DNA from: Candidatus Poribacteria bacterium
GTDB taxonomy: Bacteria; Poribacteria; WGA-4E; PCPOR2b
Direction of reading: 5' to 3'
NCBI GenBank assembly: GCA_965116925.1
Contig: OZ220744.1
Coordinates: forward strand, 2,720,001-2,784,000
DNA length: 64,000 bases
Shown here in pieces: positions 40,101-50,046 of the stretch (its first letter is position 1; every line of letters starts with the position of its first letter). Made by a program: the position numbers and the translations under genes. Below the pieces are notes generated by a model. The model had not been told where the DNA came from. It saw only the letters and a program-made list of their open reading frames with translations, and made no database searches.

Positions 40101-42098
40101 CTAAAACGGCTTGACAATAACCGCTTTGGAGACTAGTGCGATTGCAACCGTTCCCATGCCAACAAGCCCGACACCACAGATGAAGCCTGCCGCCAAGACG
40201 GGATTATACATGAACCATCGTTTCAGACCAAACTGTTTGATCATGTAAAACCGACCGATGAGGGCACCCACCACTTTTGGAACCATCATCCCCGGGTCTT
40301 GACCGATCCCCCCAACAATGCCGTAGAACCACATACTTGGCGCCTTTGCCATCCAGAGCAGCCCGTAAATTGCCACTGAGGAGGTAAAGCCGGCTGACAC
40401 GTAATCGCCGCGAATGGCTTGTAACATCTGGCTATTTCCATCTCGAAGTGAGGTTTTCCAGAGACATTCATCGGTTGCGTAGAGAGGCCACCATGTCTGT
40501 GCAAAGGGATACTGTGAGGACGGGATAGGTGCGATCTGCCAGATGAAATGCCAGACCACGATTGTCGCAACAATCAAGAGCGGCACCATCAAGGCACGCG
40601 CTAGGACGTCGCTGGTGAAAGTTGTGCCGGTCAATTCAAGCACACGCCAATGCTGCGTACCCGCTCCGTAATCTTCATCTGGCAGGTGGACAAACCAGAT
40701 ATCAATCTCCTCGTAGCGGCTTAAAATAAACGTTGCCTGATGGATGTAGGGCAGCACGAAGAGCGGTCGCCCTAACACTCCAAATGTTCGTGCGTTGATA
40801 TAGGAGTGCAAAGGGGTATACAGAAAGGCAAAGCCGAGGAGGAAAGAAACGGGAAAGTTCGGGACCATCCGATGCACAATCCATACATACACCACCATGC
40901 TGAGACCCCATAAGCCGCCCATGAACCAAATTGGGAAATCACCACGTCCCGGCGGCGTTTGCAGCGAGCCTCGCGCCCCCGCCTCTTGTTGTTTTTTCCT
41001 TCTGAGGCTCAACATGATTGGGATGGACGCTGCCAAACCGACGGCAGCAAAGCTGAAGGATTTGCCCATGTTGAAACTCAACCAGAAATCGAGGTCATTA
41101 AACAGCTTAACGCCACGCATATCCAAGCCCGGACGCCACTGATGTAGGATCTCCAATGGGTAGAGGATTCGCGGGTTCAGGATAAACTGGGTGAACATCG
41201 CTGCAACGAATTCGCTAATAATAAGTGGAAACGGTAGCACAAACCCCTGTAGCATCATGCCAAAATCTGTCCATAGGGCAAACATCCCCGATGGTGCAAA
41301 GCTTTCGATGCTTGGGGTGAAGTCAATAAATGGGATTTTCAGAATCTGTATCGGTGTTGACATCATCACGCCTGTGAGCGCAGGAATACCGATATAGAAA
41401 AACCCCCAGAACAGTCCCGCCATGGAACCGATTGAAAAGACACGCCAACGCCATGTTTCGCCCTGACCCGTGGTTTCGGCTAATGCGGTCGCGCCTTGCG
41501 CTTGAATCGGTGCCAACGGGTAGGGGAGTCGCTCTAAATCTGCTGTCAGACGGAACAGAAAATAGCTCGCGCTAATATAGCGAACCTCTGCTAGCAACTT
41601 CATGACCAGAAAGATCGCAAGGGGCCAGAACCAATCCATATGCAACAGCGAACGCTCTGCAATTGCCATCGCGTCCTTTGCGGGTGCAACCCAATAAGGG
41701 ACTTTGTCCGCGATTTCATACGACTGTGCCTGCGGCGTGTTGATAAAGTAGGCGTACCAGACAAACGGATAGGCACGATATTGGATTCCAGAACCGACCG
41801 CCATGCCGGTTAGTCCCAGCAAAATGTAAAGTTCTTGTCTCCTTGCAGTTGTGAAAGACCGGCGCGCCAATTCTGTAAATAGAATGACCGCCACCCAAGG
41901 CGCAGCACCTGCGCCCGACTGACCTGCAACTAAGGTCAGATAGATTGACCCCGGCATCATCAATAGACCGATGAAGAGTGCACCTAGAAAGACTTTCAAG
42001 GTTAAGCCGGACTCAAAGGTTCTTAAACCGCCTTCAACATCATAACGTTGTGCCCAAGCTTGCCACTCTTCTGCTTGCGACACCCTTTCTCTTGCCAA
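40101..42098 (-). CDS. OPT-like polytopic membrane protein, paralogue 1
   Basis: 665 aa, colinear with 36717..38714; TTG start with AAGGAG RBS. Confidence 0.7.
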   Translation of the reverse strand: MARERVSQAEEWQAWAQRYDVEGGLRTFESGLTLKVFLGALFIGLLMMPGSIYLTLVAGQSGAGAAPWVAVILFTELARRSFTTARRQELYILLGLTGMAVGSGIQYRAYPFVWYAYFINTPQAQSYEIADKVPYWVAPAKDAMAIAERSLLHMDWFWPLAIFLVMKLLAEVRYISASYFLFRLTADLERLPYPLAPIQAQGATALAETTGQGETWRWRVFSIGSMAGLFWGFFYIGIPALTGVMMSTPIQILKIPFIDFTPSIESFAPSGMFALWTDFGMMLQGFVLPFPLIISEFVAAMFTQFILNPRILYPLEILHQWRPGLDMRGVKLFNDLDFWLSFNMGKSFSFAAVGLAASIPIMLSLRRKKQQEAGARGSLQTPPGRGDFPIWFMGGLWGLSMVVYVWIVHRMVPNFPVSFLLGFAFLYTPLHSYINARTFGVLGRPLFVLPYIHQATFILSRYEEIDIWFVHLPDEDYGAGTQHWRVLELTGTTFTSDVLARALMVPLLIVATIVVWHFIWQIAPIPSSQYPFAQTWWPLYATDECLWKTSLRDGNSQMLQAIRGDYVSAGFTSSVAIYGLLWMAKAPSMWFYGIVGGIGQDPGMMVPKVVGALIGRFYMIKQFGLKRWFMYNPVLAAGFICGVGLVGMGTVAIALVSKAVIVKPF

Positions 42099-42120
42099 AT
42101 TTATGCTCCTTTCAGGACGC

Positions 42121-42151
42121 GAAGCGTAAAACGTAAAACGTGAAACGTGAA
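42121..42151. repeat. Heptamer tandem repeat CGT(G/A)A(A/T)(A/G), representative tract
   Basis: Similar tracts near 19943, 23328, 29394, 31000, 33000, 34685 (inverse), 42311 (inverse) and 51548. Confidence 0.75.
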
Positions 42152-42341
42152 GGGAATGGGTAAATACAGGTTTTTAATGAAACACAGTTGTAAGATGTGT
42201 TCATGAGCTCAACCCTTCATTGGTATATTGCTTGGTTACCGATTTCTTAAAATCTTACATAACCACGAATCCACGATAACGAAATAGGGAGATTTGAAGC
42301 AATCTTTTCTCACGTTTCACACATCACGTTTCACGATCCTG

Positions 42342-42509
42342 CTATTTTTTTTCTCGAAAAAGCTCTTCCCAAACGTGGGCGATAATAATTCCAACAATGA
42401 GAATTAGGGCAGCGAGTAGTTGTGCCTGCCATCTGCCTTGCATAGCAAAAATCGAAAATACCCAAAAAATTGCACCGATAAAAATTAAGACATACGCTAG
42501 TTTTTCCAT
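42342..42509 (-). CDS. 55-aa two-TM protein (below the ORF-track cutoff)
   Basis: MEKLAYVLIFIGAIFWVFSIFAMQGRWQAQLLAALILIVGIIIAHVWEELFREKK*; AAGGAG RBS just after the giant gene's stop. Confidence 0.7.
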   Translation of the reverse strand: MEKLAYVLIFIGAIFWVFSIFAMQGRWQAQLLAALILIVGIIIAHVWEELFREKK

Positions 42510-42527
42510 TGATTCTGTTTTCTCCTT

Positions 42528-45500
42528 TTAATCCGCTGGTGCGGGTTGAGCAGCCAGACCGCCAACGCCCGGAGCGTCTTCCGTCTCGCTCTCTTGCCGT
42601 CCACGCTCATGGAACTCACCGCGGATATCAGCACTGAACGTCCGCCAAATTAGTAGCTGTTTTCGGACAAGGTTCAAGAAACGACGGTTGACGCGCTTCC
42701 ATGAAGCAATCTCCCCGCTCTCACGGTGGACATCGAGGTGAATCTTATACAACTCTTCCTCTTCTCCGCCGACCGGTGAGGTGACAAGCCGAATGGATTG
42801 GCTGACTCCGAGATCGTAGGGGGCGAGCCACACCATCATGCTGATGTTGTAGGCTTCTTCCTCTTCCTCTTTCCCTTCCACTACCACAGGCGTTCGACCG
42901 AAGGCGACCTGATCCGTGTAGAAATCGCTTGCGGATTCGTCGGCGTGTGCTTCAAAGTAATCGCGCATAAAGATATTTAAGCCGAGCGATTCTTCTGCCA
43001 ACACGGTGAAGGGGAGATCGAAGTGCCACTCGTCGCCTTCAGGCTCCGGCAGCTGCCATTTCCGTTCGATGTCAGGCACCGCCATGCGACTGGCTTTAAT
43101 TGCAGGATACAGTGTACTTCCAATCACGACAATCATTACAATAATGGTTGCTACCACTGTTGACATTGACGAGTAGTTGAGGGTCAATCCAGCAAGCAAG
43201 CCAAAGTTGACAAGGACGGTTGCGACTGCCTGGCCGAGCAGGTAACCGAGCACAGCACCGACAATCGCATACACACACGCTTCCGCGAGGAACAGGAAGG
43301 CGATATGCACGGGAGCGAGTCCGACAGAACTGTAGATGCCGATTTCACGGACCCGTTCGTAGACCGCACCGAGCATCGTGTTCAGAACGATCAGCGACGC
43401 AATTAAAATTGGTATGAATAGGTTACCCATACCGGAGAAAGAGGTCATTCCGATGGAACTGTAGAGATAGGTGTCCCGATCTTTTCCAACAAAGAAGTCG
43501 AGTGCGATTCGGTTCATCAGCGGTGCCATGATCAGGTCCAGTTTATCTGCCGCACTGAAGATTGTTGGATCGCCGGGCTGTGCTTCCATGTTGACAGCGA
43601 CGGAGCGTAACGTCCCGCCCTGATTCATGACTACATCATACGGCAGGATAGCCACAGCATCGGGAGGTAGATGAATATATTTCTCCAACTCTCCTTCCAT
43701 GGCTTGGTTCTGTCCTTGGGCGCCACCGCCTCGCGCTTCCTGCTGCTGCATCAGTTGGTAGTCAACAGGTGTCAGTTCTTCGCCATCATTATCCTGTAAG
43801 TCTTTGAAGCCGATACCGAGAACACCCGTAACGGTGAAGTCTGCGCCGTATACGGATACAGTCGCTTTGCCCATATCGGCTTCGGTGATGCCGAGCAGAT
43901 CCGCCATACCTTTGGGGAGGACACAAGCATAGGGCCATTGTGTGGGCCACTCTGCTTCATCGTCGGGGTGATACCATCGACCATACTGGAGGTAACGGTC
44001 AATTCCTGTTACACCGGGTTCATCTTGACTCATCCCGACCAACATGGTAGCAGAGTAGGTCTTTGGCTGACCGGTGGTAGTATTGACAGGCGGTACAGGA
44101 TCTTGCAGGTTGGGGGTGCGCTCTAGCTGCACAAACGACTGATCGCCGGTGCCCGCGGACTGATACCATGCGCGTGGCGCGACGATGTTATGCACTCGGA
44201 GGACGGATTCTTCGCCCAGCTCAATCAACGATCCCTCCTGACGTAATTGGGCTATGATTGCTTCAACCTCTACGTCAGCCTGCTCTGCCGATTTACCTTG
44301 CTGCCCCAGTCGTTTCTTCAGCAGTAACCGTAGATCTTTTTCAGGGATTTGTGTTTTCCGCAGATCATTTGTGAGTGAGTTGACAACAGGTTCTTCGAGC
44401 GGATTCCAATACTGATCTCGGATAAGCATCCCGGTGTAGCGCGGCGTTACGGAAGGTAGGTTGGTGCTGTTGGGATGCATAAAGGTACGCACCGATGTAA
44501 AGGAGATGACCGTAAAGGTGAGAATAACCAGTGTGCTACAGGTGAGGATGGTGCGGCCCTTCCGCTTACGCATATTGGAAATACCTAGACTGAAAGCGGC
44601 AGCGGAGGCAGACAAGCGTCCCACGTCTGCCTTGTACACTTTTGATCCCTCCTGCTTAATTTTTTCCACCTGTTCTTCAAATTTCCGGACGATGATGCTG
44701 ATCACAATTGCCGTCAACGCAAGGACGACGAACGCAATCAGGATGATAACCGGCGTCGTGGTAATCTGGAATGCGGGGTGCACCTGCGCCAAGAAGAAAA
44801 AGACAACGAGGAAGATCGCAGCTGTCCCCATAATCTGTTTTTGGACGGTTGGGAAAGCGAATATCAACCGTTCCATGAAGTAGGCGAACGGGATCAGGAG
44901 GGCGAGATAGAACATCACACCATTGACTACGTCATTGCCGGTTTTCTTCACATCGGGGTAGGCGCGGGATTCGTATCCCCACGCGGCGCGGGCAAGTTTG
45001 AGTGCCTGCTGATAGTCTTTTTGGGTGAGGGCAGCCTCCGCCTGATTTAGATGTTCGTTGGCGAATTGGTGGAGCTGATCAAGCCGATCGCTGCTGATGC
45101 CGAACCGTTTATACAGACTCGCCCGGTTCTCATCGAGCCACCACATATCGCGGACGACAACGTATGGGGTTACGCGAATGCTACCGTTCTCGCGGACAAC
45201 AAACCCTTCTCCGGTATAGAGTGTCGGGTTCTTCGTTCCGCTTTTACTCGCCTTGATCAATAGTAACCGTTTGCCGATTTGTCCATACGCCATGCCGACC
45301 TTGATACGACTGTTAGGCTCCGAATAAACGAGCGCGATAGGCTCAGTTGCCGAGATACCTTCCTGCTGCCACGGCTTCGATACGCCATACTTTTCTGGTG
45401 GGCTATCGCTTGCGGCATCAAAAACTTCCAGTTCACGAAGCGTTCGTAGGTATCGCTGATCCACAAGATCGTAGATAGTGGTAGACACACAGGGGAAAAC

Positions 45501-48500
45501 CACGATACGGCATCCACGACGGTGGGTGTTAATCGGTATCAGGTTCGGCAAGAGTTTCGCGCCGAAGTTACCGAGATCCGGTGCGTAGACAATATCACCG
45601 GAATCCGGGTGGAGGATATAAGCTTCCACCTCTTGCGTTCCTTTGAGGCGGATGGTGGCACGCCCCTCCATCGCAAGTCCTGCAACCTCAAAGTTTCCTT
45701 TATTGTCGCCCATTGCAATGAGATCGCCTCGCACCCCCATCATGGTTTTGTGCTGATTCCGCAAAGCGAGAATAGGATACTCCACCGGTTTGTTTGGTAG
45801 CGCGCTCTCACGGGCATCATACTCGACGACATCACCAAACAGGTTGCAGTAGAAGTTCCCCACCCGTGCTGCGGTGGGCATCTTCGGATCGCGCATCGCT
45901 TGGATAAGAATAGCGGCAAGGGTTTTCGCCTGTTTATGCAAGGCACCATCGTGGCTCAAATCCATTCGGTCAATTGTGTCGAGCGGGGTATCGGTCAACA
46001 CGCGTGCATCGTCGATGGTGGCAAAAGCAATTCCGGTAAAGCCGGTCAGGGTTGCCACTTCGCTATCAAAGGCTATCTTACCAGGTATGTAGGTCTTCCA
46101 GATCTTACCGCCACTAGCAGAGATTGCGTTGACAAAGTTGGTCTCACCACCAAACCCGGCGATATCAATGAGTGCCTTAATATCATCGACTTCCTCTTGT
46201 GTAAATTCGGACGGGTCCTCGTGGCGCAGGGCAAGCATCGCATCCATTCGATTGAGCAGGCGCACCTTATTCTTCCGGTTCTTCCGCGCCTCCCGGATAT
46301 CGTTTCGGATGAATCGTTCGACTTCCTTACGGATATAGTCCATATCCTTGAGCATATCCTCGGAAGGTTCGCCCTGATTTTTCATCTGCTCAAACTGCAT
46401 CTTCATCAATCGAGACACTCCGGATAGCCCGACCAACGTTGCGTAATGCTCAGTAACTAAGCTTTCAAGGCTCTTGCCCTCGATGGCTTTTTTCGGATCG
46501 ATGCCAGCTGCAACTGTCCATTGAGTATTCATCACCGCTTGGCGGATCTGATCGTCGGTGAAGGTCCATAGTTTCTGGATACGTTCACCGAAATCGGCAC
46601 CCTCTGCGTATTCGGCAAGTTTATTTCCGATGGAAGCGAACTCGCGGCGGAGGACAAATTCGGGCTGCTGGTCATAGAACCACCCTTTGTTGAATACGCC
46701 AAACTGGTCGTTCTGGCTGGAGAGGTCAATGGCGATAAAGAGAGAGGTGTAGTAACGATTAAAGATGTCTTGCAGTGCAATCGCTTGTTCGATGGAACGT
46801 ATCTTCCGTGTGTATTCTGACTCGCTGATACGTGCAATTTTCTCGACCCGTTTTTGTAGATTGCGAAATCGAGCGTTCCGCATCGTGAGCAGGTTATCAC
46901 GGAGGAGAATCTTGGTCTCCTCGTCCGGATCGCGGTCAAGACGGTCAAGGATGTTCAGCAGGTTCTGGAGTTCGACAATATCGTTTTTGGCTCGCCGCTT
47001 CACCATCTCTAGTAGATGCTGTTCTTCAAGCTGACCGAAGATCTGCTCTCGGACAGCCATCGCTCGGTCTGCTGCATCTTCAGGGAGATAGTGGCGGAGG
47101 ACGAGTGCCTCTTCGGCGAGGTAGGGACGGTTCAGCGACGCATGGCGTTCAAGGAGGGATTCAATTCGATAGCGTTCAAGGCGAGCGTTCCGCATCGCGG
47201 TTTCGAGGATACTCTGTTTATCTCTGGTCAGGTCATCAACCAAAATTTGGTCTAATTCTCGTGAGGTTGCTGTTCCCGTTGTCGGGTCCATCATCTCCAA
47301 CTTCTGGTGGAGTTGAGTCTGAACAATCTCAAACTGCTTGAGGGTTGCCTCATTGAGGAAGAGTTCTAGCTCATCCGCAAAGCCTGCCGGGAGGTGATCC
47401 GGTTTAGAACTTAACTGGGTGATAGCGTTTTTGATACTATCCTCTGCATCGCTGCTTGCGGGAATATTGGCGAGCGTTCGTTCAAGGAGTTGCCGTTCTT
47501 CTTCGATGTAGGCTTCCAGAGATTTTTCAGCGCGGTTGACAACCCTACGAGCTGACTTGATTCGTTCCAAACCCTTAAAGTCAAGATGGCGGTCTAACAA
47601 CTTCTCTTGGGCATACTGGAGGGTGAATTTCCGTGGATCTTCAAATTCCCAGTCCTGCAAATTGTCCGAGAGTCGCTGAACATCTACCTCCAGATACGAC
47701 GGTAGGTCACTCGGTACTGGTAGATAATAACGTCCCCCCTCCCGTTCCTTCGGTACGAGATAGCTGCTGTCTGGCGTTTGTACATATTTCCCTTCAATCC
47801 GTTCTGCCCTTAAATCCGCTTCCAATTTATCTATTGCCCAAACGTCCAACCGAGCCATCGGTAGGGCAATCTGTTCAATCAATTCACGTTGGGTGTCACG
47901 GCATTCAGCTAATGCTTGTGTGCGCAGTTTTAGGGTACGGTTAAGCATTGAACGCAGGAATTGAGTGGTCTGCAGCGCGTCTTTCTTGAACTTCGCGAGG
48001 TTGACCTCTAGTCGTGATTTTTCCTCTTCGGTGAATCCTTGCTTCTCCCGTTTCTTGGTTGTTTCGAGTTTCTTCTTCTCTTTCTCTTTTGCGTCACGCT
48101 GGGCGTTACGCAACGAGTCAATGTTGCCTTTGGTTGTCTGTAGATCGGAGAGGGTTGTTGCTAGGGAGGCGACATCTGCTTTGAGTTCGTGGACATCGTG
48201 GAAGAAGTTAGGGGGTAAATCTACCAGCACATTTCGGTCGATCGATAGCAGTAGCTTACGTCCCAGTTCCTCAAACTCAAAGAGGTCGGTACTTAAACCG
48301 CGACGCAGCCCGCGCATTGTCGGTGTGCCGGGAGAATCCGCTTCTCGTCCGACGATATCTTGACCAATCCCCTCCATAAATGCGCGCATACCCCCCAGTC
48401 CTTGGAAGTGGGCATCTGTTGCGACAAACAGAAGGGAACGCCCCGGTCGAAATTCCTCTTGGCTGAAGATACGAGCAAGCTCCAACAGAGTGGCAATGCC

Positions 48501-49949
48501 GCCGGTGGGATCGGCACCGGGTGCCATTGCGGGAACGACAGACATTGAGTCGTAATAGCCGGTGATAACAACCAATTCGTCCTTTAGGGTTGGGTCGCCA
48601 CCTTCAAGGAAACCACGAATGTTCTGCCCAATACGCTGTTCCCAAGTAATGGTACTAGTGAGACGTGCGTAAATTTTCTGAGGAGACGATTCCGATTGTG
48701 CTTCCCCTTCGCCAAGCATAGCCAAGAGTTCGTCGGCGTCCTCTTTAGCAATCCAGAAGCGGGGGATGTTGGCAGGGACCGTCAGGAATTTGTTCTCAGC
48801 CTCACCGCGGATAGTTGTCTCCGGCTCGATGAAGAGGACAGCTTTCGCGCCAAGCATGGCGGCGTTAATCCATTTGGTACTAGAGTTGAAGTCAACCAGT
48901 ACAACGCTGCCTTGGGGGATAAAGATGCTGGATTCATAGGCGGCAACAAACTCGCCTTCTTCGTCAATTTGCCCATTGTTGTTGTTATCAATACCATCAG
49001 TTGCATCGCCGGGGATTTCGTCTACGAAGGCGTCACCATCGTTGTCGATGCCGTCGGTATCCCATTGCAAGATCTCAGTTAGTGGGGGAATCTCACCGTA
49101 TTCGTCGATCTGTCCGTCTTCATTGTTGTCAATACCATCTTGCGTCTTTTGGAGATGGCCGTTAAGCACATCGTCAGTGATGCTGCCGACACCGATACGG
49201 AAACGGTGGGCGAGGTCTTCCAAAGTATCGCCAGGTTCAACTTTGTGCCAGAAACCGCCGATATCTTTGCCGTTGAACGAGGAGAGTTCCCCACTTCCCC
49301 CATAAAAGAGGGGCGCGGTCAGTCCACCGGTGGGAATAAAGAGCGAGTTGCCTTCGACCAGCACTAACTCGCCCGGTTCGTCGATTTCACCATCATCATC
49401 GTTATCGCTGCCATCGGTTGCTTGGTCACGGAGGTATTGGTTATGCGGGTCAGCCAAGATAGCTTGTGGGTCAACTTGATAGGATTTAGCAATTCCGTCA
49501 AAGGTTTCGCCTTGAACGACTACATGCGAGACACCGTTGGGGAGGAAGGAGGTGCGAACAAGGTTGGGCCAGATTGACCAGATTCGGTAAGTCTTCAGAA
49601 GCGTTTGATCTTCGGAAAGAATTTCTACCTTTCCATCACCGTGATCTATTGGAACAGAAACGGGAAACTCACGGCTCTCAACGTTTTGTAAGCCGATCTC
49701 GACAAATTGGTCAAAGATGTACTTGCTGCCTGAAGCGGCTTCATCGTAACCGGTGACGCGGGTGGGCAGATTGGAGAGTCGAGCGATGTCTTTTCGCATT
49801 CGGCCGATATCGACTTTGTCACTGATTTTGACTGCAACCTCCGAAAGCCCGACAGACAGCTGTTCGTCAACAGCGAAACCGCCGTGTGGAGATAGTAGCG
49901 CGAGAATGCAGAGCCATAGACTGATGTAATAATATCTCTTGATGATCAT
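42528..49949 (-). CDS. Giant (~2473 aa) membrane protein: signal peptide, 2 LysM, acidic Ca-binding-like repeats, degenerate M28 domain with long helical insertions, TM bundle, MacB/FtsX-like permease
   Basis: LysM motifs HVVVQGETFDGIA and HKVEPGDTLEDLA. DG.DN..DG.IDE x4. M28-like NI.G..G, YYDS, GAD, LLELAR. FtsX-type R..RT.LT and ERVREIGIYSSVG. Start reassigned to ATG 49949 (GGAGG RBS). Confidence 0.85.
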   Translation of the reverse strand: MIIKRYYYISLWLCILALLSPHGGFAVDEQLSVGLSEVAVKISDKVDIGRMRKDIARLSNLPTRVTGYDEAASGSKYIFDQFVEIGLQNVESREFPVSVPIDHGDGKVEILSEDQTLLKTYRIWSIWPNLVRTSFLPNGVSHVVVQGETFDGIAKSYQVDPQAILADPHNQYLRDQATDGSDNDDDGEIDEPGELVLVEGNSLFIPTGGLTAPLFYGGSGELSSFNGKDIGGFWHKVEPGDTLEDLAHRFRIGVGSITDDVLNGHLQKTQDGIDNNEDGQIDEYGEIPPLTEILQWDTDGIDNDGDAFVDEIPGDATDGIDNNNNGQIDEEGEFVAAYESSIFIPQGSVVLVDFNSSTKWINAAMLGAKAVLFIEPETTIRGEAENKFLTVPANIPRFWIAKEDADELLAMLGEGEAQSESSPQKIYARLTSTITWEQRIGQNIRGFLEGGDPTLKDELVVITGYYDSMSVVPAMAPGADPTGGIATLLELARIFSQEEFRPGRSLLFVATDAHFQGLGGMRAFMEGIGQDIVGREADSPGTPTMRGLRRGLSTDLFEFEELGRKLLLSIDRNVLVDLPPNFFHDVHELKADVASLATTLSDLQTTKGNIDSLRNAQRDAKEKEKKKLETTKKREKQGFTEEEKSRLEVNLAKFKKDALQTTQFLRSMLNRTLKLRTQALAECRDTQRELIEQIALPMARLDVWAIDKLEADLRAERIEGKYVQTPDSSYLVPKEREGGRYYLPVPSDLPSYLEVDVQRLSDNLQDWEFEDPRKFTLQYAQEKLLDRHLDFKGLERIKSARRVVNRAEKSLEAYIEEERQLLERTLANIPASSDAEDSIKNAITQLSSKPDHLPAGFADELELFLNEATLKQFEIVQTQLHQKLEMMDPTTGTATSRELDQILVDDLTRDKQSILETAMRNARLERYRIESLLERHASLNRPYLAEEALVLRHYLPEDAADRAMAVREQIFGQLEEQHLLEMVKRRAKNDIVELQNLLNILDRLDRDPDEETKILLRDNLLTMRNARFRNLQKRVEKIARISESEYTRKIRSIEQAIALQDIFNRYYTSLFIAIDLSSQNDQFGVFNKGWFYDQQPEFVLRREFASIGNKLAEYAEGADFGERIQKLWTFTDDQIRQAVMNTQWTVAAGIDPKKAIEGKSLESLVTEHYATLVGLSGVSRLMKMQFEQMKNQGEPSEDMLKDMDYIRKEVERFIRNDIREARKNRKNKVRLLNRMDAMLALRHEDPSEFTQEEVDDIKALIDIAGFGGETNFVNAISASGGKIWKTYIPGKIAFDSEVATLTGFTGIAFATIDDARVLTDTPLDTIDRMDLSHDGALHKQAKTLAAILIQAMRDPKMPTAARVGNFYCNLFGDVVEYDARESALPNKPVEYPILALRNQHKTMMGVRGDLIAMGDNKGNFEVAGLAMEGRATIRLKGTQEVEAYILHPDSGDIVYAPDLGNFGAKLLPNLIPINTHRRGCRIVVFPCVSTTIYDLVDQRYLRTLRELEVFDAASDSPPEKYGVSKPWQQEGISATEPIALVYSEPNSRIKVGMAYGQIGKRLLLIKASKSGTKNPTLYTGEGFVVRENGSIRVTPYVVVRDMWWLDENRASLYKRFGISSDRLDQLHQFANEHLNQAEAALTQKDYQQALKLARAAWGYESRAYPDVKKTGNDVVNGVMFYLALLIPFAYFMERLIFAFPTVQKQIMGTAAIFLVVFFFLAQVHPAFQITTTPVIILIAFVVLALTAIVISIIVRKFEEQVEKIKQEGSKVYKADVGRLSASAAAFSLGISNMRKRKGRTILTCSTLVILTFTVISFTSVRTFMHPNSTNLPSVTPRYTGMLIRDQYWNPLEEPVVNSLTNDLRKTQIPEKDLRLLLKKRLGQQGKSAEQADVEVEAIIAQLRQEGSLIELGEESVLRVHNIVAPRAWYQSAGTGDQSFVQLERTPNLQDPVPPVNTTTGQPKTYSATMLVGMSQDEPGVTGIDRYLQYGRWYHPDDEAEWPTQWPYACVLPKGMADLLGITEADMGKATVSVYGADFTVTGVLGIGFKDLQDNDGEELTPVDYQLMQQQEARGGGAQGQNQAMEGELEKYIHLPPDAVAILPYDVVMNQGGTLRSVAVNMEAQPGDPTIFSAADKLDLIMAPLMNRIALDFFVGKDRDTYLYSSIGMTSFSGMGNLFIPILIASLIVLNTMLGAVYERVREIGIYSSVGLAPVHIAFLFLAEACVYAIVGAVLGYLLGQAVATVLVNFGLLAGLTLNYSSMSTVVATIIVMIVVIGSTLYPAIKASRMAVPDIERKWQLPEPEGDEWHFDLPFTVLAEESLGLNIFMRDYFEAHADESASDFYTDQVAFGRTPVVVEGKEEEEEAYNISMMVWLAPYDLGVSQSIRLVTSPVGGEEEELYKIHLDVHRESGEIASWKRVNRRFLNLVRKQLLIWRTFSADIRGEFHERGRQESETEDAPGVGGLAAQPAPAD

Positions 49950-50017
49950 GATAATTCCTCCGATTTTTTTAATAGGCTGACCGGCGCATAGTATGCTATT
50001 GTGTTTAGATCTGTCAG

Positions 50018-50046
50018 ATTCTATCATAGTCACAAAGTCTTGTCAA
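50018..50046 (-). promoter_or_regulatory. Sigma70 promoter for the giant-protein operon
   Basis: Minus strand TTGACA-17 nt-TAGAAT. Confidence 0.72.

Noticed and set aside
49950..50033. ORF-track start of the giant protein at 50033
   Set aside because: Lies within the predicted promoter; the RBS and signal peptide fit ATG 49949.
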